Positions 19,501-28,894 of a DNA stretch of 61,615 nucleotides are shown piece by piece. This stretch comes from Candidatus Firestoneibacteriota bacterium (GTDB lineage: Bacteria > Oederibacteriota > D2-FULL-39-29 > JBBTED01). Each line of letters starts with the position of its first letter. The stretch's first letter is position 1. A program made the position numbers and the translations under genes. The notes beneath the pieces were generated by a model, which made no database searches, was not told the DNA's origin, and was given only the letters and a program-made list of their open reading frames with translations. The DNA lies in assembly GCA_038042445.1 (NCBI GenBank), contig JBBTED010000063.1:1-61615 (forward strand), in the 5' to 3' direction.

Positions 19501-19601
19501 TGACGCCTATAAATATAAGAATTATCCCACCAGGGTACTGCCTGTGCCATTCCCTGCAGCAACATTACTATACCTATAATTATGCAATATTTTCTAATCA
19601 T
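16533..19601 (-). CDS. Secreted protein with DUF2341-like N-terminus, three internal ~60-aa repeats, LamG-like domain and T9SS-like CTD (cargo 3)
   Basis: PWWDNSYIYRRQITV; GTISLWI...LYIDG...ISDIAIYNRELS (LamG-like); PNPFTP...IWDITG...GKGTIIVAK. Confidence 0.75.
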   Translation of the reverse strand: MIRKYCIIIGIVMLLQGMAQAVPWWDNSYIYRRQITVAANSDVSSQMAVKFSFDAQSLVAAGKLRTDLKDLRIVHYDGTKNTEIDRLYFSDTKEIWFGLQSVILSGKTDNNYFVYYNSPNESTSAKAELSRIYPSVSGIFTRSSIASYETGGSVQDVSNYSVPRFLTSKFGKGLYIEEGITNYLYNSSFEYYDEPSEVPYYWVRGAGIATAELLSSEKIHGNFSMHIIDSSALNGSEYMYFNTRLTASYFAGKQLTFSAWIKQVGVTATAGGSQTVGISIYAKKSTTLYTTTTLISSAVLSTSITAGDTTIPVTSTAGFVTPTTVAYIKIDSEKISYTGVTPTSFTGCTRAQLSTSAAAHSASAIVYYHIGTVVQTPIAVVSTAGFPGTGYIRIDSEILQYTGVTPTSFTGCTRGTASEHTASTLVYYYIGSTGTSNVSVASTIGFLSAGYIYIDSEVLQYTSITPTSFINCTRGALSTTAAVHVGGTAVYSNDVNNDTLVYTNNNTALNWKRYVVTQQMPEINLYDLQVRIYSYDNDASTSGGPTSEFYVDSAQLEVSSVPTTYTSTPAGSSDLRAFERLSYAMQNNIKESVGTISLWIRTPDTSTNSPETPWSIDQKEHRFFDTGKFALYKNTSNQIVFTDGANTINSTAITWVTTTDHNIIATWGSGLKLYIDGSLVASTSNFTQPSLSGNMFIGSSAETTKHVNAIISDIAIYNRELSTSEITTLYNKTTSPLYWPDAIFFATLSDSVNGYGETAILLTNITMSGESPQSSEGTVIATGVSGEVTYTDDSLTKITVPAYVYNRSVKFRISLVDNPEKGNNSKLTPAIAYDFRALDPTTDKELNITRPVGIYVHYKSTNGNVYDTFNNLICSVNEVKTKLTLGFWTGIFWQPVSGTVEISGNDITISTKTSRFGIYGVLAKESTVSGLSVTPNPFTPYGSNSLYNKVTFAFSNDANENVEVKIWDITGTLVKTIDGGVSNAIPWYGTNEKEEAVESGVYIYQVKAGNSIIGKGTIIVAK

Positions 19602-19610
19602 AATTTTGCT

Positions 19611-20180
19611 GTCATGCTGAGCATCAGCGAAGCATCTCGTCTTTTTTAAAAACTACGAGATTCTTCGGCTTTGCCTCAGAATGACTCAAATTCTTGCAAT
19701 TGTCATGCTGAGTATCAACGAAGCATCTCGTTTTAAAACTACGAGATTCTTCGGCTTTGCCTCAGAATGACTCTGCTAAATCCTTAAATTCTGAATTTTT
19801 ATTCATTATTAATTCTATTTTCTTTTTTCTAATCCATCCCTTAATTCTCTTTTCAGCGCAAATTGCTTCTTCCGGTTCATTAAATTCTTCAAAATAAACT
19901 AATTTGGTAACATTATATTTTTCAGTAAAACCTTTAACTAACTTATTTTTATGTTCATACATTCGCCTTTCTAAATTATTTGTAACACCAGTATACAAAA
20001 CAGTATTCCTTTTGTTAGTAGTTATATAAACATAATATTTCTTCATAATTTTGTTGTCATGCTGAGTGTCAACGAAGCATCTCGTTTTAACTGCTTTTAA
20101 CTACGAGATTCTTCACTTCGTTCAGAATGACATCACTTTGCCTCAGAATGACATCCTCAAAGGATGACGCTTCGCGTCAT
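19611..20180. mobile_element. GIY-YIG gene embedded in three direct copies of a ~70-75 bp GTCATGCTGAG...CTCAGAATGAC hairpin element
   Basis: Copies at 19611-19685, 19702-19771 and 20056-20131, plus partial arms to 20180. Confidence 0.75.
19762..20046 (-). CDS. Small stand-alone GIY-YIG nuclease
   Basis: YYVYI...VLYTGVTNNLERRMYEHK...FTEKYNVTKLVYFEEF...AI.AEKRIKGW.RKKK; stop TGA lies inside the flanking repeat. Confidence 0.9.
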   Translation of the reverse strand: MKKYYVYITTNKRNTVLYTGVTNNLERRMYEHKNKLVKGFTEKYNVTKLVYFEEFNEPEEAICAEKRIKGWIRKKKIELIMNKNSEFKDLAESF

Positions 20181-23100
20181 CGTGCCACAACAACCGTTCC
20201 TTTATGTAACACTTTTGTTCCAACTTTTATCTGGTAGATATATACTCCACCTTCAACTATATTACCCTGTTCATCTTTACCATCCCAGGAAGTTTCATTT
20301 ACCCCGCCTCTAATTACCATTTTTCGCATCAACGTTCCTGATACATCCCAGAATTTTATTTCTACTTCTTCAAAATTTGTATTTTCAATTCCGGAAAATC
20401 GGACTTCTCTAAATGAAGTGTCACTGCCTAAAGGAGTAAAAGGATTAGGCCTAGCATCCAAAGAAGAAGAACCAGCAGATTTAACAATAACAGCATAATA
20501 TCCCATCAAAGTTCCTTTTGCACGTATTATGACATCCTGATTATTTGGATAAACTGTGACACTACCACCTAATTTTGTCCATTTTTTAAATTTTTCGTCA
20601 TATACTGCAATACTTAAATTGTCTTTTGCGTCGGATATGGAAATAGACAGACGAGATAACTGTCCTACGTTAGATGGAGCTGTTCCGTCTATTGTGGCGC
20701 TGTTTGTGGCTTTAATATGAAAAGAAAATATTATAGGTGCTTCAAGCCTTGTAATTGCTACGCCATCTGAATCTTTTGCTCTTATGTCATAAGTAGTAAT
20801 TAACGTTTCACCTGCAGAAATATTCAAAGAACTCACCTCATCTGATAACAGCTGTTTAAAAGTATATGTAACAGGCCTATTTATAACACCTGTTGGAATT
20901 ATTATCTTACTCATTGAATCATAAGCTCCTGTTATTTCTCCGCCTATACCAGCTGGAATTAAACTCGTTGTACTCATAAGATAGTATGCCACAAATGTCT
21001 CTGTTGAAAAATCGCTTTCCAGAGCTGATGAATCTACAGATTTTATCTTGTAATAATAAGTATTTCCTTTTTGCACTGTTGTATCTTCATAAGAAACTGC
21101 AGTAGATGAAACAGTGCTTGTGTTAAGTTTTGAATAACCTGTGCCCGAACTCGTGCTTCTGTATATATCATAGCCTGCAAGTGTGCCGTCTGCCCCTAAA
21201 CTTGCATTCCAGGTAAGCTTAACTCTATCTATTTGTGCAGATGCAGAAAAATTCGCAGGTACACTTGCAGATTCATAACTATATATCATAACCCTGTTAT
21301 TACCATTATCTGCAATTGCCATTTTTTTACCATCTGTCCACAAGTAAGATGGCATATAAAACTTTGTATTACTTGTCCCATTAGTCCTGCCTGAAAAACC
21401 TACTTGTCCAAGCACTACATCACAAGCTTTATAACTTGTTAAACTATTAATATCATTCCATATCATTATTCTATTATTATATCTGTCAGTAACATAAAGT
21501 TTTTTGCCATCTGACCAACAGGCAATTGGGCTACGCATACCTGAAGCATTCGGAGTCGAGCTTGAAGCAATACCAGTGCTGTTATAATAACTTTCATTAA
21601 ATGCATCCTGGCCCAATACAACATCCGCAGCTACAAAATTTGAAGTTGGAATACTGTTATAAACTAAAACTCTATTATTAGTGTAGTCAACTATAAAAAG
21701 CTTTGTTCCATTTGACCATACGCATGTTGGATTGGACAGTGATTTTTCATTAACTGAAGTAGTTGCATCATCTCCTGTGCCATTATTACTAAGACGAGAA
21801 TTAAAATTTGGCTGGCCTATAACTACATCTGCAGATGCATTGTTTGATGTTGGAATTTTATTATATATTAAAACTCTGTTATTAGTTTTATCTGCAATAA
21901 AAAGCCGTGTGCCATCTGAAAATGTATGAAATGGATAATATAGTGAATAAGCATAAGCAGATGTATTAGTAATTGTTGTTCCCTGATTTATTGAAGTGGC
22001 TGTCATATTTCCCTGGCCTATAACTATATCTGCAGCAACACCATTTGTAGTAGGAATTGTATTATAAATTAATACTCTATTATAAGTCCAGTCTGTAATA
22101 AAAAGTTTTGTTCCATTAGAAAATACACCACACGGAAGCGACATTCCATAAGGAGAACCAGAACTACTCATACCATTAAAATCTGGCTGGCCTACAACTA
22201 CATCTGCTGATTTGCCACTTGCAACAGGAAAACTATTATAAATTAAAACACGTGCATTACCCTGGTCAGCAACAAAAAACTTAGCTCCATCATAATACAC
22301 GCCGGAAACATCAACCCCTATAGGATTAGTAGTTCTTGGACTTTGCAAAAAAATTCCGTTTGAATCTACGCGATAATCAGGTATTGTAGTTAAACTCGTT
22401 TGTCCTAAAACAAAATCAGCATTTGCATTATCTGACGTTGGAATAGTATTAAAACATAAAACTCTGCCATTACTCCTATCTGCAATAAAAAGCCTCGTAC
22501 CATCTGAAGTAATACCTTTAGGATTATTTAAACTATTTGCAGTTGCCATTCCACCACCTCTATTTATACCGCCTAATAAAGTTAAACTTGACTGGCCTAT
22601 AACTACATCTGCAGGCTGGCCAGAAGTTGGACTTGTAGTATTAAAAATCATCACCCTGTGGTCATTAGTATCAGATATAAAAATTTTACCTCCAGATACA
22701 CATACACCTTGAGGACTCGAAAGTCTTTTTACATATTTTGTAGAATCAGTTATAACAGCACTTGCAGTCATTGATTCCTGACCAAGCACTACATTTGCAG
22801 GTTGATTACTTGTAGGACTTATTGTATTCCAAATCAAAACTCTATTATTACTTCTATCAGCTACATAAATTTTTGAGCCATCTGAATAAACACAAGTAGG
22901 ATAATTAAGTGTATTTGCAGCAACACTTCCACCCTGATTAGCACTAGAATTTGTCCAATTTGTCTGACCTAATACAATAGACGCATTTGCATTAGTAGAT
23001 GGAATCCCGCTAAAAATCAAAACCCTGTGGTCATTTGGACTTGCTATATAAGTATTAGTTCCATCATAACAAACAGAACTTGGAGTCTCAAACCTATTTT

Positions 23101-23638
23101 GTGCTGCAGTAGCACTTCCAGCTGTTACAAGATCAACTGCACCAACTGCTATATCTGTTGCTGCACCATTTTTTGATGGAATAGAATTGTAAATCAACAC
23201 TCTTTGATTCATATTATCTGCTACAAAAAGATATGTTCCATCAGAATACACAGCACTTCCATTAGGTAAACCCTCACCAAAAAAGAAACTATCTGCAGAA
23301 ACTACCAAGTTACCATTATAATATGACTCACTCGTCCAAAAAGAAGGCTGGCCTACAACCCAACTTGCTTTTGCAGTTGAAGATGATGGAATAGAATCAT
23401 ATATAAGAACTCTGTTATTCTGCAAGTCAGTGATAAACAATTTTCCACCTGCAATACAAACACCATCCGGATATTTTAATTCATAAGAACCATCACCAGC
23501 ATTTGGTATCCCATTTAAAAAATTACTCTGTCCCACAACCGCTGTTGCAGATTTTTCGCCACCTGCAATCCAATTCACAGACCAACAGTTAATAGGAATT
23601 AACAAAACAAGTATTAGTACTACTATGAAATATTTCAT
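20177..23638 (-). CDS. Secreted NHL-repeat-like beta-propeller protein with FN3-like domain and T9SS-like CTD (cargo 4)
   Basis: Many DG.KLFIAD..NNRVLIYN.IPT....ADVV.GQ repeats; VKLTW..S...GYDIYRS...YYYKIKSVD; PNPFTP...FWDVSG...WDGKD...KGTVVVAR. Confidence 0.8.
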   Translation of the reverse strand: MKYFIVVLILVLLIPINCWSVNWIAGGEKSATAVVGQSNFLNGIPNAGDGSYELKYPDGVCIAGGKLFITDLQNNRVLIYDSIPSSSTAKASWVVGQPSFWTSESYYNGNLVVSADSFFFGEGLPNGSAVYSDGTYLFVADNMNQRVLIYNSIPSKNGAATDIAVGAVDLVTAGSATAAQNRFETPSSVCYDGTNTYIASPNDHRVLIFSGIPSTNANASIVLGQTNWTNSSANQGGSVAANTLNYPTCVYSDGSKIYVADRSNNRVLIWNTISPTSNQPANVVLGQESMTASAVITDSTKYVKRLSSPQGVCVSGGKIFISDTNDHRVMIFNTTSPTSGQPADVVIGQSSLTLLGGINRGGGMATANSLNNPKGITSDGTRLFIADRSNGRVLCFNTIPTSDNANADFVLGQTSLTTIPDYRVDSNGIFLQSPRTTNPIGVDVSGVYYDGAKFFVADQGNARVLIYNSFPVASGKSADVVVGQPDFNGMSSSGSPYGMSLPCGVFSNGTKLFITDWTYNRVLIYNTIPTTNGVAADIVIGQGNMTATSINQGTTITNTSAYAYSLYYPFHTFSDGTRLFIADKTNNRVLIYNKIPTSNNASADVVIGQPNFNSRLSNNGTGDDATTSVNEKSLSNPTCVWSNGTKLFIVDYTNNRVLVYNSIPTSNFVAADVVLGQDAFNESYYNSTGIASSSTPNASGMRSPIACWSDGKKLYVTDRYNNRIMIWNDINSLTSYKACDVVLGQVGFSGRTNGTSNTKFYMPSYLWTDGKKMAIADNGNNRVMIYSYESASVPANFSASAQIDRVKLTWNASLGADGTLAGYDIYRSTSSGTGYSKLNTSTVSSTAVSYEDTTVQKGNTYYYKIKSVDSSALESDFSTETFVAYYLMSTTSLIPAGIGGEITGAYDSMSKIIIPTGVINRPVTYTFKQLLSDEVSSLNISAGETLITTYDIRAKDSDGVAITRLEAPIIFSFHIKATNSATIDGTAPSNVGQLSRLSISISDAKDNLSIAVYDEKFKKWTKLGGSVTVYPNNQDVIIRAKGTLMGYYAVIVKSAGSSSLDARPNPFTPLGSDTSFREVRFSGIENTNFEEVEIKFWDVSGTLMRKMVIRGGVNETSWDGKDEQGNIVEGGVYIYQIKVGTKVLHKGTVVVAR

Positions 23639-24201
23639 AATTTATATTTTATGTTACTTTTTTGTACCTTTTGTTCTTGTAGCTTTTGTTCTTGTAGCTG
23701 CAAAGCGATAGCTTTGCTATCGTTTTTGCAATTGCATGCTTTAGCAGAGCTTCGCTCTGCCGCTACATTATAAAATTGTTTTACATCTATCTTTTCTTTA
23801 TATGCATTGTTATCTATATATCCCCTAATTATAGTTAAAGCATTTTCATTTCGTATTATATGTTCATAGTAATTTGGTTGCCAAAATCTTTTTTCATTAA
23901 ACCCATTATTTTTTATATCCAAAGTAGACTTAGATTTAAAATATTGAATTAGTTGAGGTAATGATTTATCCGTTCCCTCTAAAATTAAAATTATATGTAT
24001 ATGTGTAGGCATAATTTTATAATAATCTAATTTTACACCTTTATATTCAGATAAACTTTGTAAATGATTTTCAATAGTTTTGTTATAGTTTAAGCAAAGC
24101 TGACGCTTTGCAGCTACATAACTACAATGTATTGTTACAAAATAATAGCCATTTGTAGAATAATCATAATGTTTTAACCGTATATTTTTACGCAATTTCA
24201 T
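23635..24201 (-). CDS. RAYT (REP-associated tyrosine transposase), copy 2
   Basis: RLKHYDY..GYYFVTI, MPTHIH (HUH), FWQPNYYEHIIR, YIDNN; start moved to ATG 24201; C-terminus reads through its REPs. Confidence 0.9.
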   Translation of the reverse strand: MKLRKNIRLKHYDYSTNGYYFVTIHCSYVAAKRQLCLNYNKTIENHLQSLSEYKGVKLDYYKIMPTHIHIILILEGTDKSLPQLIQYFKSKSTLDIKNNGFNEKRFWQPNYYEHIIRNENALTIIRGYIDNNAYKEKIDVKQFYNVAAERSSAKACNCKNDSKAIALQLQEQKLQEQKVQKSNIKYKL

Positions 24202-24288
24202 AAATATTTGTTTTGTTGCTTTTGTAGTTTTTTGTAGCTGCAAAGCGTTAGCTTTGCTGTTGTTTGCAGAGCTTCGCTCTGCCGCTAC
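23694..24288. mobile_element. RAYT2 module flanked by direct copies of a private REP doublet
   Basis: gtagctgcaaagcg(a/t)tagctttgc...gcagagcttcgctctgccgctac at 23694-23766 and 24234-24288; single arm inside the gene at 24094-24117. Confidence 0.85.
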
Positions 24289-24325
24289 AAAAACAGCTAC
24301 ATAAATTAAACAAAATACATTACCA

Positions 24326-27025
24326 TTATTTCGCTACTATTATTGTGCCTTTGCCAAGCAGACTATCTGCAAGTTTAATCTGATAAATGTAAACGCCGCT
24401 CTCCACTATGCTTCCATCTTCCTTTTCGCCGGACCAGGATATTCTTGTGCCACTTCCTGACAAAACCCTGATTAGATCACCTGTAATATTCCATATCTTG
24501 ACTTCTGCAGTTTCATAATTATTATTTAAAAAAGAAAAATTAGCGATACTTAAATTAGAATTACTTGAAAGTGGCGTAAAAGGATTTGGTGAAACTTCCA
24601 ATTCTACACTTTTACCTGTTGAATTTACCACGATTGCATATTTGCCAAGCTGAGTAACTTTGCTTGATATAGTTATATCATTTCCACTTATGCTAATTGT
24701 TCCACCAATAGGGATCCAATTCATTCCATTCCAATAAGCTAATGTCAAAGATGTTCTTGCATCACTTAATAAAACTACTGGGTTGGAATTTGCTATTATA
24801 AAACCATCGTATGACTTACAATGCAAAGTTATAGTAACTGCTTTGTTAAGATTTTTTAGAAGTGCATTGCTAACATTATCATAAGCACTAAATTCATAAG
24901 CTGTTACTGCAACAGATGGCTCAAAACTACCAACAGGCGGTGATGTAAGTTTTGTTATGTAGTAAATTGCTCCATTTATAGTTGTCCCTGTTGGTATTGA
25001 TATTTTCACAAGAGAATCCTCAGGATATGTAAATTCGTATGATTCTGCTTTTAGAACCAATCCACCACCATTTAATTCTTCAGTTGCTGAAACAAAACTC
25101 GTTGGCTCTGAAGTCACTATGGGCCTTGTCCAACCATCTATTGTATCCTTAAAATTAGCAAAAAATGAAGCGCCTTTATACATTCTTGATTCTGTTCCTT
25201 TAGTATATATATCTAAAACATCCTGATCTGAAATAGGAAATTTATACAGTGCAAAATCTGAAATTATTGCATTCACATTATAATTCTTGCCTCCACCAAT
25301 ATAAATATATGGACCTAATATTTCAGGAAGCCGTGTATTTGAACCAGTTCCAGCTTTCACTCCATCTACATATAAAGTAATATACCTATCCCACCATTTA
25401 ATGACAATATTATGCCATTCATAACCAGTCCAACCTGCGCCTGCAGTATTAAAATTTGGAGCACTATACTGTGTTGTGCCTACAGGCCCACCCCATACTG
25501 CAAAATACAATCTATTATCTGTATCCCGATATATTATAAACTGGTGATAATCAGTTGCCACATTTTCAGAAAATAGAACATTATATGTGCCATCACTACC
25601 TGTCCACCTTGGATTTATCCACATAGATATACTACCACTCGTTATATCAAATATACCATTTGTTGGATATGCAAGACGTTCAGGTGATCTTATTGGATAA
25701 GCTGAAGTAACTATAACATCGGTAAAAACATAACTTGTTCTTGGGACCACAATATTAGAATCTAACCAATCCCTTTCAAGTTGATAACAATCAACCCAAA
25801 CACTTCTTCCTGCAATACTATCTGCTTTTTTAACTTTAACACCACAAAACCACATTACATTTGTTACTCCTGTAAAATATGCAAATATGCGGTACCAACC
25901 ATTAACAATAGGAACAGAATAAGTTGTAACTGGAACATCATAAGATACGGAAGCAGTAGCAGCATGTGTAGCAGCAGTTGTTCCAGAACTCCCTCTTACG
26001 ACTCCCAAAAAACTTGTAGTAGTTACACTGGTATACTGCATTATTTCATTATCAATCTTTAAATAACCATTAGTCGCTGGGAAATTAGTAGTTGAAGTAA
26101 CAACAATTATAGAAGTACTACTATTAACAGCATAAGTCAATTGTGATTCCAAATTTGTTGTAGCAAAAATAGAGCAGACTGAAATAGGATTGGTTCCATC
26201 ATAATAAACATAAGCAGATGCAACATGAGGAGTCGAAGTCAATATTCTTAACATATAAAAACTGGCATCTGTTGTTGTAGAGTAATTTGTAACTTTAGCA
26301 GAATAAGTTCCATTTAAAGCACGTGTATTATCTATCACAGCACCTATTCCAGTTTCTGCGAGCCAACTCCTGGGAGAACCAGAAGATACTTCAGAAGTTT
26401 CAAAACTTGAGTCTGGAATAAGATTTTTAACTCCCTGCTCCTGTAATATACCTTTATCAAATTTTCCTGCTACAAATCTTGGAATATTGCGGTTAAGACT
26501 TTTAATTTTATTATCTATTGGATCTAAATAAGTGGCAACACCATCAGTTTCAGCACCACTTGTTATCATATCAGGCCTTGAAAAAACACCTGGAACAACT
26601 GTATAAATATTTTTTAAATCTGATGGCGCTAAATCTGTCTCCTGTGGTGCATCATAATATATATAATAATTACTGTCACTACTATTTGCAGCAATTGCTG
26701 TCTGGAGTTTAAACCATGTTTCATTTACTGCAACATAATCCCTATCAAGTTGGACATTTTTTGAACCATCCCAGTAGACAATTCGTAAATCTTTCCTATC
26801 AGACTGAATTTTACCAGCAGTAACCAAAGAAGATGTATCAAAACTTGTTCTCACAACATATCCTTTAGGCACAGCATAAGCACCTGTTGAAATTGTTAAT
26901 TGCCGCCTGTTATGATATTTCCCATTCCACCAATCAACAGCAGAAGCAGAAGAAATAAATGCAAAATGTAAAATGAAGAATGCAAAATGCAAAATTTGTA
27001 TTTTTTTCACTAATAATTTTCTCAT
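24326..27025 (-). CDS. Secreted DUF2341-like/LamG-like protein with T9SS-like CTD (cargo 5)
   Basis: DWWNGKYHNRRQLTI; SGSISMWI...LYVDG...ISDFALY; PNPFTP...IWNITG...GKGTIIVAK; paralogous to cargo 3. Confidence 0.75.
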   Translation of the reverse strand: MRKLLVKKIQILHFAFFILHFAFISSASAVDWWNGKYHNRRQLTISTGAYAVPKGYVVRTSFDTSSLVTAGKIQSDRKDLRIVYWDGSKNVQLDRDYVAVNETWFKLQTAIAANSSDSNYYIYYDAPQETDLAPSDLKNIYTVVPGVFSRPDMITSGAETDGVATYLDPIDNKIKSLNRNIPRFVAGKFDKGILQEQGVKNLIPDSSFETSEVSSGSPRSWLAETGIGAVIDNTRALNGTYSAKVTNYSTTTDASFYMLRILTSTPHVASAYVYYDGTNPISVCSIFATTNLESQLTYAVNSSTSIIVVTSTTNFPATNGYLKIDNEIMQYTSVTTTSFLGVVRGSSGTTAATHAATASVSYDVPVTTYSVPIVNGWYRIFAYFTGVTNVMWFCGVKVKKADSIAGRSVWVDCYQLERDWLDSNIVVPRTSYVFTDVIVTSAYPIRSPERLAYPTNGIFDITSGSISMWINPRWTGSDGTYNVLFSENVATDYHQFIIYRDTDNRLYFAVWGGPVGTTQYSAPNFNTAGAGWTGYEWHNIVIKWWDRYITLYVDGVKAGTGSNTRLPEILGPYIYIGGGKNYNVNAIISDFALYKFPISDQDVLDIYTKGTESRMYKGASFFANFKDTIDGWTRPIVTSEPTSFVSATEELNGGGLVLKAESYEFTYPEDSLVKISIPTGTTINGAIYYITKLTSPPVGSFEPSVAVTAYEFSAYDNVSNALLKNLNKAVTITLHCKSYDGFIIANSNPVVLLSDARTSLTLAYWNGMNWIPIGGTISISGNDITISSKVTQLGKYAIVVNSTGKSVELEVSPNPFTPLSSNSNLSIANFSFLNNNYETAEVKIWNITGDLIRVLSGSGTRISWSGEKEDGSIVESGVYIYQIKLADSLLGKGTIIVAK

Positions 27026-27039
27026 AATATTTCTTTTTT

Positions 27040-27133
27040 GTCATTCCCAACTTGATTGGGAATCCAGTGTCTTGCTTTTAATGATGCTTTACCATATTTA
27101 AAGACTCTGGATTCCCGCTTTCGCGGGAATGAC
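27040..27133. repeat. GTCATTCCC...GGGAATCCAG / CTGGATTCCC...GGGAATGAC double hairpin
   Basis: Read directly; second full copy at 59508-59588. Confidence 0.85.
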
Positions 27134-27277
27134 GAGCTTGTGCCAAAACTCCATTTTGTCATCCTGAACACATTCGTTTTACTCAGTGTAAACTCCGTGA
27201 AGGATCTCGTTTTTAAAAGACTTTTAAACGAGATTCTTCGGCTACTGCCTCAGAATGACACCTTTTGGCACAGGCTC
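27134..27277. mobile_element. MITE-like element with 15-bp terminal inverted repeats, flanked by TGAC direct repeats and containing a nested GTCA...TGAC hairpin
   Basis: gagcttgtgccaaaa / ttttggcacaggctc (1 mismatch); TGAC at 27130-27133 and 27278-27281; inner element 27158-27259. Confidence 0.6.
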
Positions 27278-27289
27278 TGACGCTTCGCA

Positions 27290-28261
27290 TCATTTAAACA
27301 CAACTCCGAACTTATGTGTTCCATACACAGATTTAATTCCACTTAAGGAATAGATAAACGCATAATCAATACCTATCCCATGTTTTAAATAAATACCTAA
27401 ACCTGTTGTTGCATCCCAAAAATTATAATTGCCAAAACCTGTGCCAAGACGTAAAGCTATATTATCACCAAATAAAAAGTGTTCAAGTCCAATTCGTATT
27501 TTATAAAATGCGGCACGAAAATCAACATCTGATGCAAAAATGGTATCAGCTTTTGCACCTAATCTATAGGCAAAACCGCTACGAATACTAAATGACACAG
27601 GATTTGAATCACCTGTAAAACTTAAAGATGGCGTATTTGCATTCAAAAATCCAGCCCCAAAGCTAAACCGAGCAGATGGCTTAAATAAAATACCTACATC
27701 TACTGCAAAAGTAGAATCATAAAATTTTATTAACGCAGAATTTATATCTGTGTATTGATTCTTTTCAAGAGAAATTGATAACATTTTAAAATTTGCACCT
27801 ACATATATCTCTCCAAAAGTTATTTCAAATACTGCTAAAGGTAAAACAAAATTATCCATAACTTTAACACCGTAGCCAAAATGAAATTCTTCTTCCCCAT
27901 AAGAAGAAACAACACCTCTTCCTGTCCAACCTAAAGATACTACACCCAAATCAGATGGAATTGGATGCGTATAATAAATTGCTCCATCAAATATTTTGCT
28001 TTCATCTGTAAGACCAATGTATAATCTTGAATATTGCAAAGACAATTCACGTCGGGCAAGAAACCCAAGCCCTGCAGGATTATAAAAATACGTTGCACCA
28101 TCATCTGCAATTGCAGTATAAGCACCACCTAAAGCATCTGCACGTGGAGAAATACCGGAATCCTGAAAGGCAGCAAAAGAAGAAGTAGCAAATTGCAAAA
28201 TGAAAAATGCAATAGCAAAAATCAAAGAAATATTTTTTTTGTTAGTTTTTTTACTTTTCAT
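27290..28261 (-). CDS. PorV/PorP-like beta-barrel, copy 5
   Basis: AFQDSGISPRADALGGAYTAIADD...YFYNPAGL...IDYAF...GTHKFGVVFK. Confidence 0.8.
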   Translation of the reverse strand: MKSKKTNKKNISLIFAIAFFILQFATSSFAAFQDSGISPRADALGGAYTAIADDGATYFYNPAGLGFLARRELSLQYSRLYIGLTDESKIFDGAIYYTHPIPSDLGVVSLGWTGRGVVSSYGEEEFHFGYGVKVMDNFVLPLAVFEITFGEIYVGANFKMLSISLEKNQYTDINSALIKFYDSTFAVDVGILFKPSARFSFGAGFLNANTPSLSFTGDSNPVSFSIRSGFAYRLGAKADTIFASDVDFRAAFYKIRIGLEHFLFGDNIALRLGTGFGNYNFWDATTGLGIYLKHGIGIDYAFIYSLSGIKSVYGTHKFGVVFK

Positions 28262-28602
28262 TTTTTATTATCTTCCAATATAGATTTTATCTGCTTTTTT
28301 AAATTTGGCAATTCATGTTTTATGTTTTCCCAAACTGCAGAAATATCTACCCCAAAATATTCATGAATTAGTATATTTCGCAATCCTTTCATACTTTTCC
28401 ATGGTATGTGCGGATAATTCTTTTTAATCTCGTCTGAAATATTCTTACTGGCTTCGCCAATTATTTCAAAATTTCTTATAACCGCATCTATAGTTTTTCT
28501 ATCTTTTTCAAATTCCTCAAATAAAATATTTTCTGTGTATTTTTCTATTAAAATTATAGAATCAAAAATATGCTTAAGGTAAATTTTGTAATCTTTATCC
28601 AA
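28258..28602 (-). CDS. HEPN (DUF86/HepT-like) toxin
   Basis: DAVIRNFEIIGEA...IPW..M.GLRNILIHEYFGVD with R-X4-H motif; TTG start overlapping the MNT gene. Confidence 0.9.
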   Translation of the reverse strand: MDKDYKIYLKHIFDSIILIEKYTENILFEEFEKDRKTIDAVIRNFEIIGEASKNISDEIKKNYPHIPWKSMKGLRNILIHEYFGVDISAVWENIKHELPNLKKQIKSILEDNKK

Positions 28603-28885
28603 TCGCTTCTGCCTCTCTTAAAATATATGGTTCTACATATTTATTTAATCCATTTTTTGACACCACACTCACATCTTTTTCTAAAATTTCTGAAAGACAA
28701 TTTTGAAAATCAATAAGTTCAAATAATGTCACATCTTTATCAAATTCCACAAGAAAATCTATATCGCTATTTTTTTTTTGTTCATTTCTCACATAAGAGC
28801 CAAAAAGTGAAATAGATATCACTTTGTATTTTTTTAAAAGTATTTCATTTTTTAATATAATATTTTTAATTTCTTCTTTTGTCAT
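28595..28885 (-). CDS. Minimal nucleotidyltransferase (MntA-like antitoxin)
   Basis: LFGSYVRNEQ..SDIDFLVEF; 96 aa; directly upstream of HEPN. Confidence 0.9.
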   Translation of the reverse strand: MTKEEIKNIILKNEILLKKYKVISISLFGSYVRNEQKKNSDIDFLVEFDKDVTLFELIDFQNCLSEILEKDVSVVSKNGLNKYVEPYILREAEAIG

Positions 28886-28894
28886 TTTAAACCT

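Noticed and set aside
19611..20131. Repeats around GIY-YIG as CRISPR repeats or integron attC sites
   Set aside because: Units are 70-75 bp, irregularly spaced, lack RYYYAAC/GTTRRRY ends, and no integron integrase is present
27056..27280. 74-aa plus-strand ORF
   Set aside because: Composed entirely of nested repeat DNA
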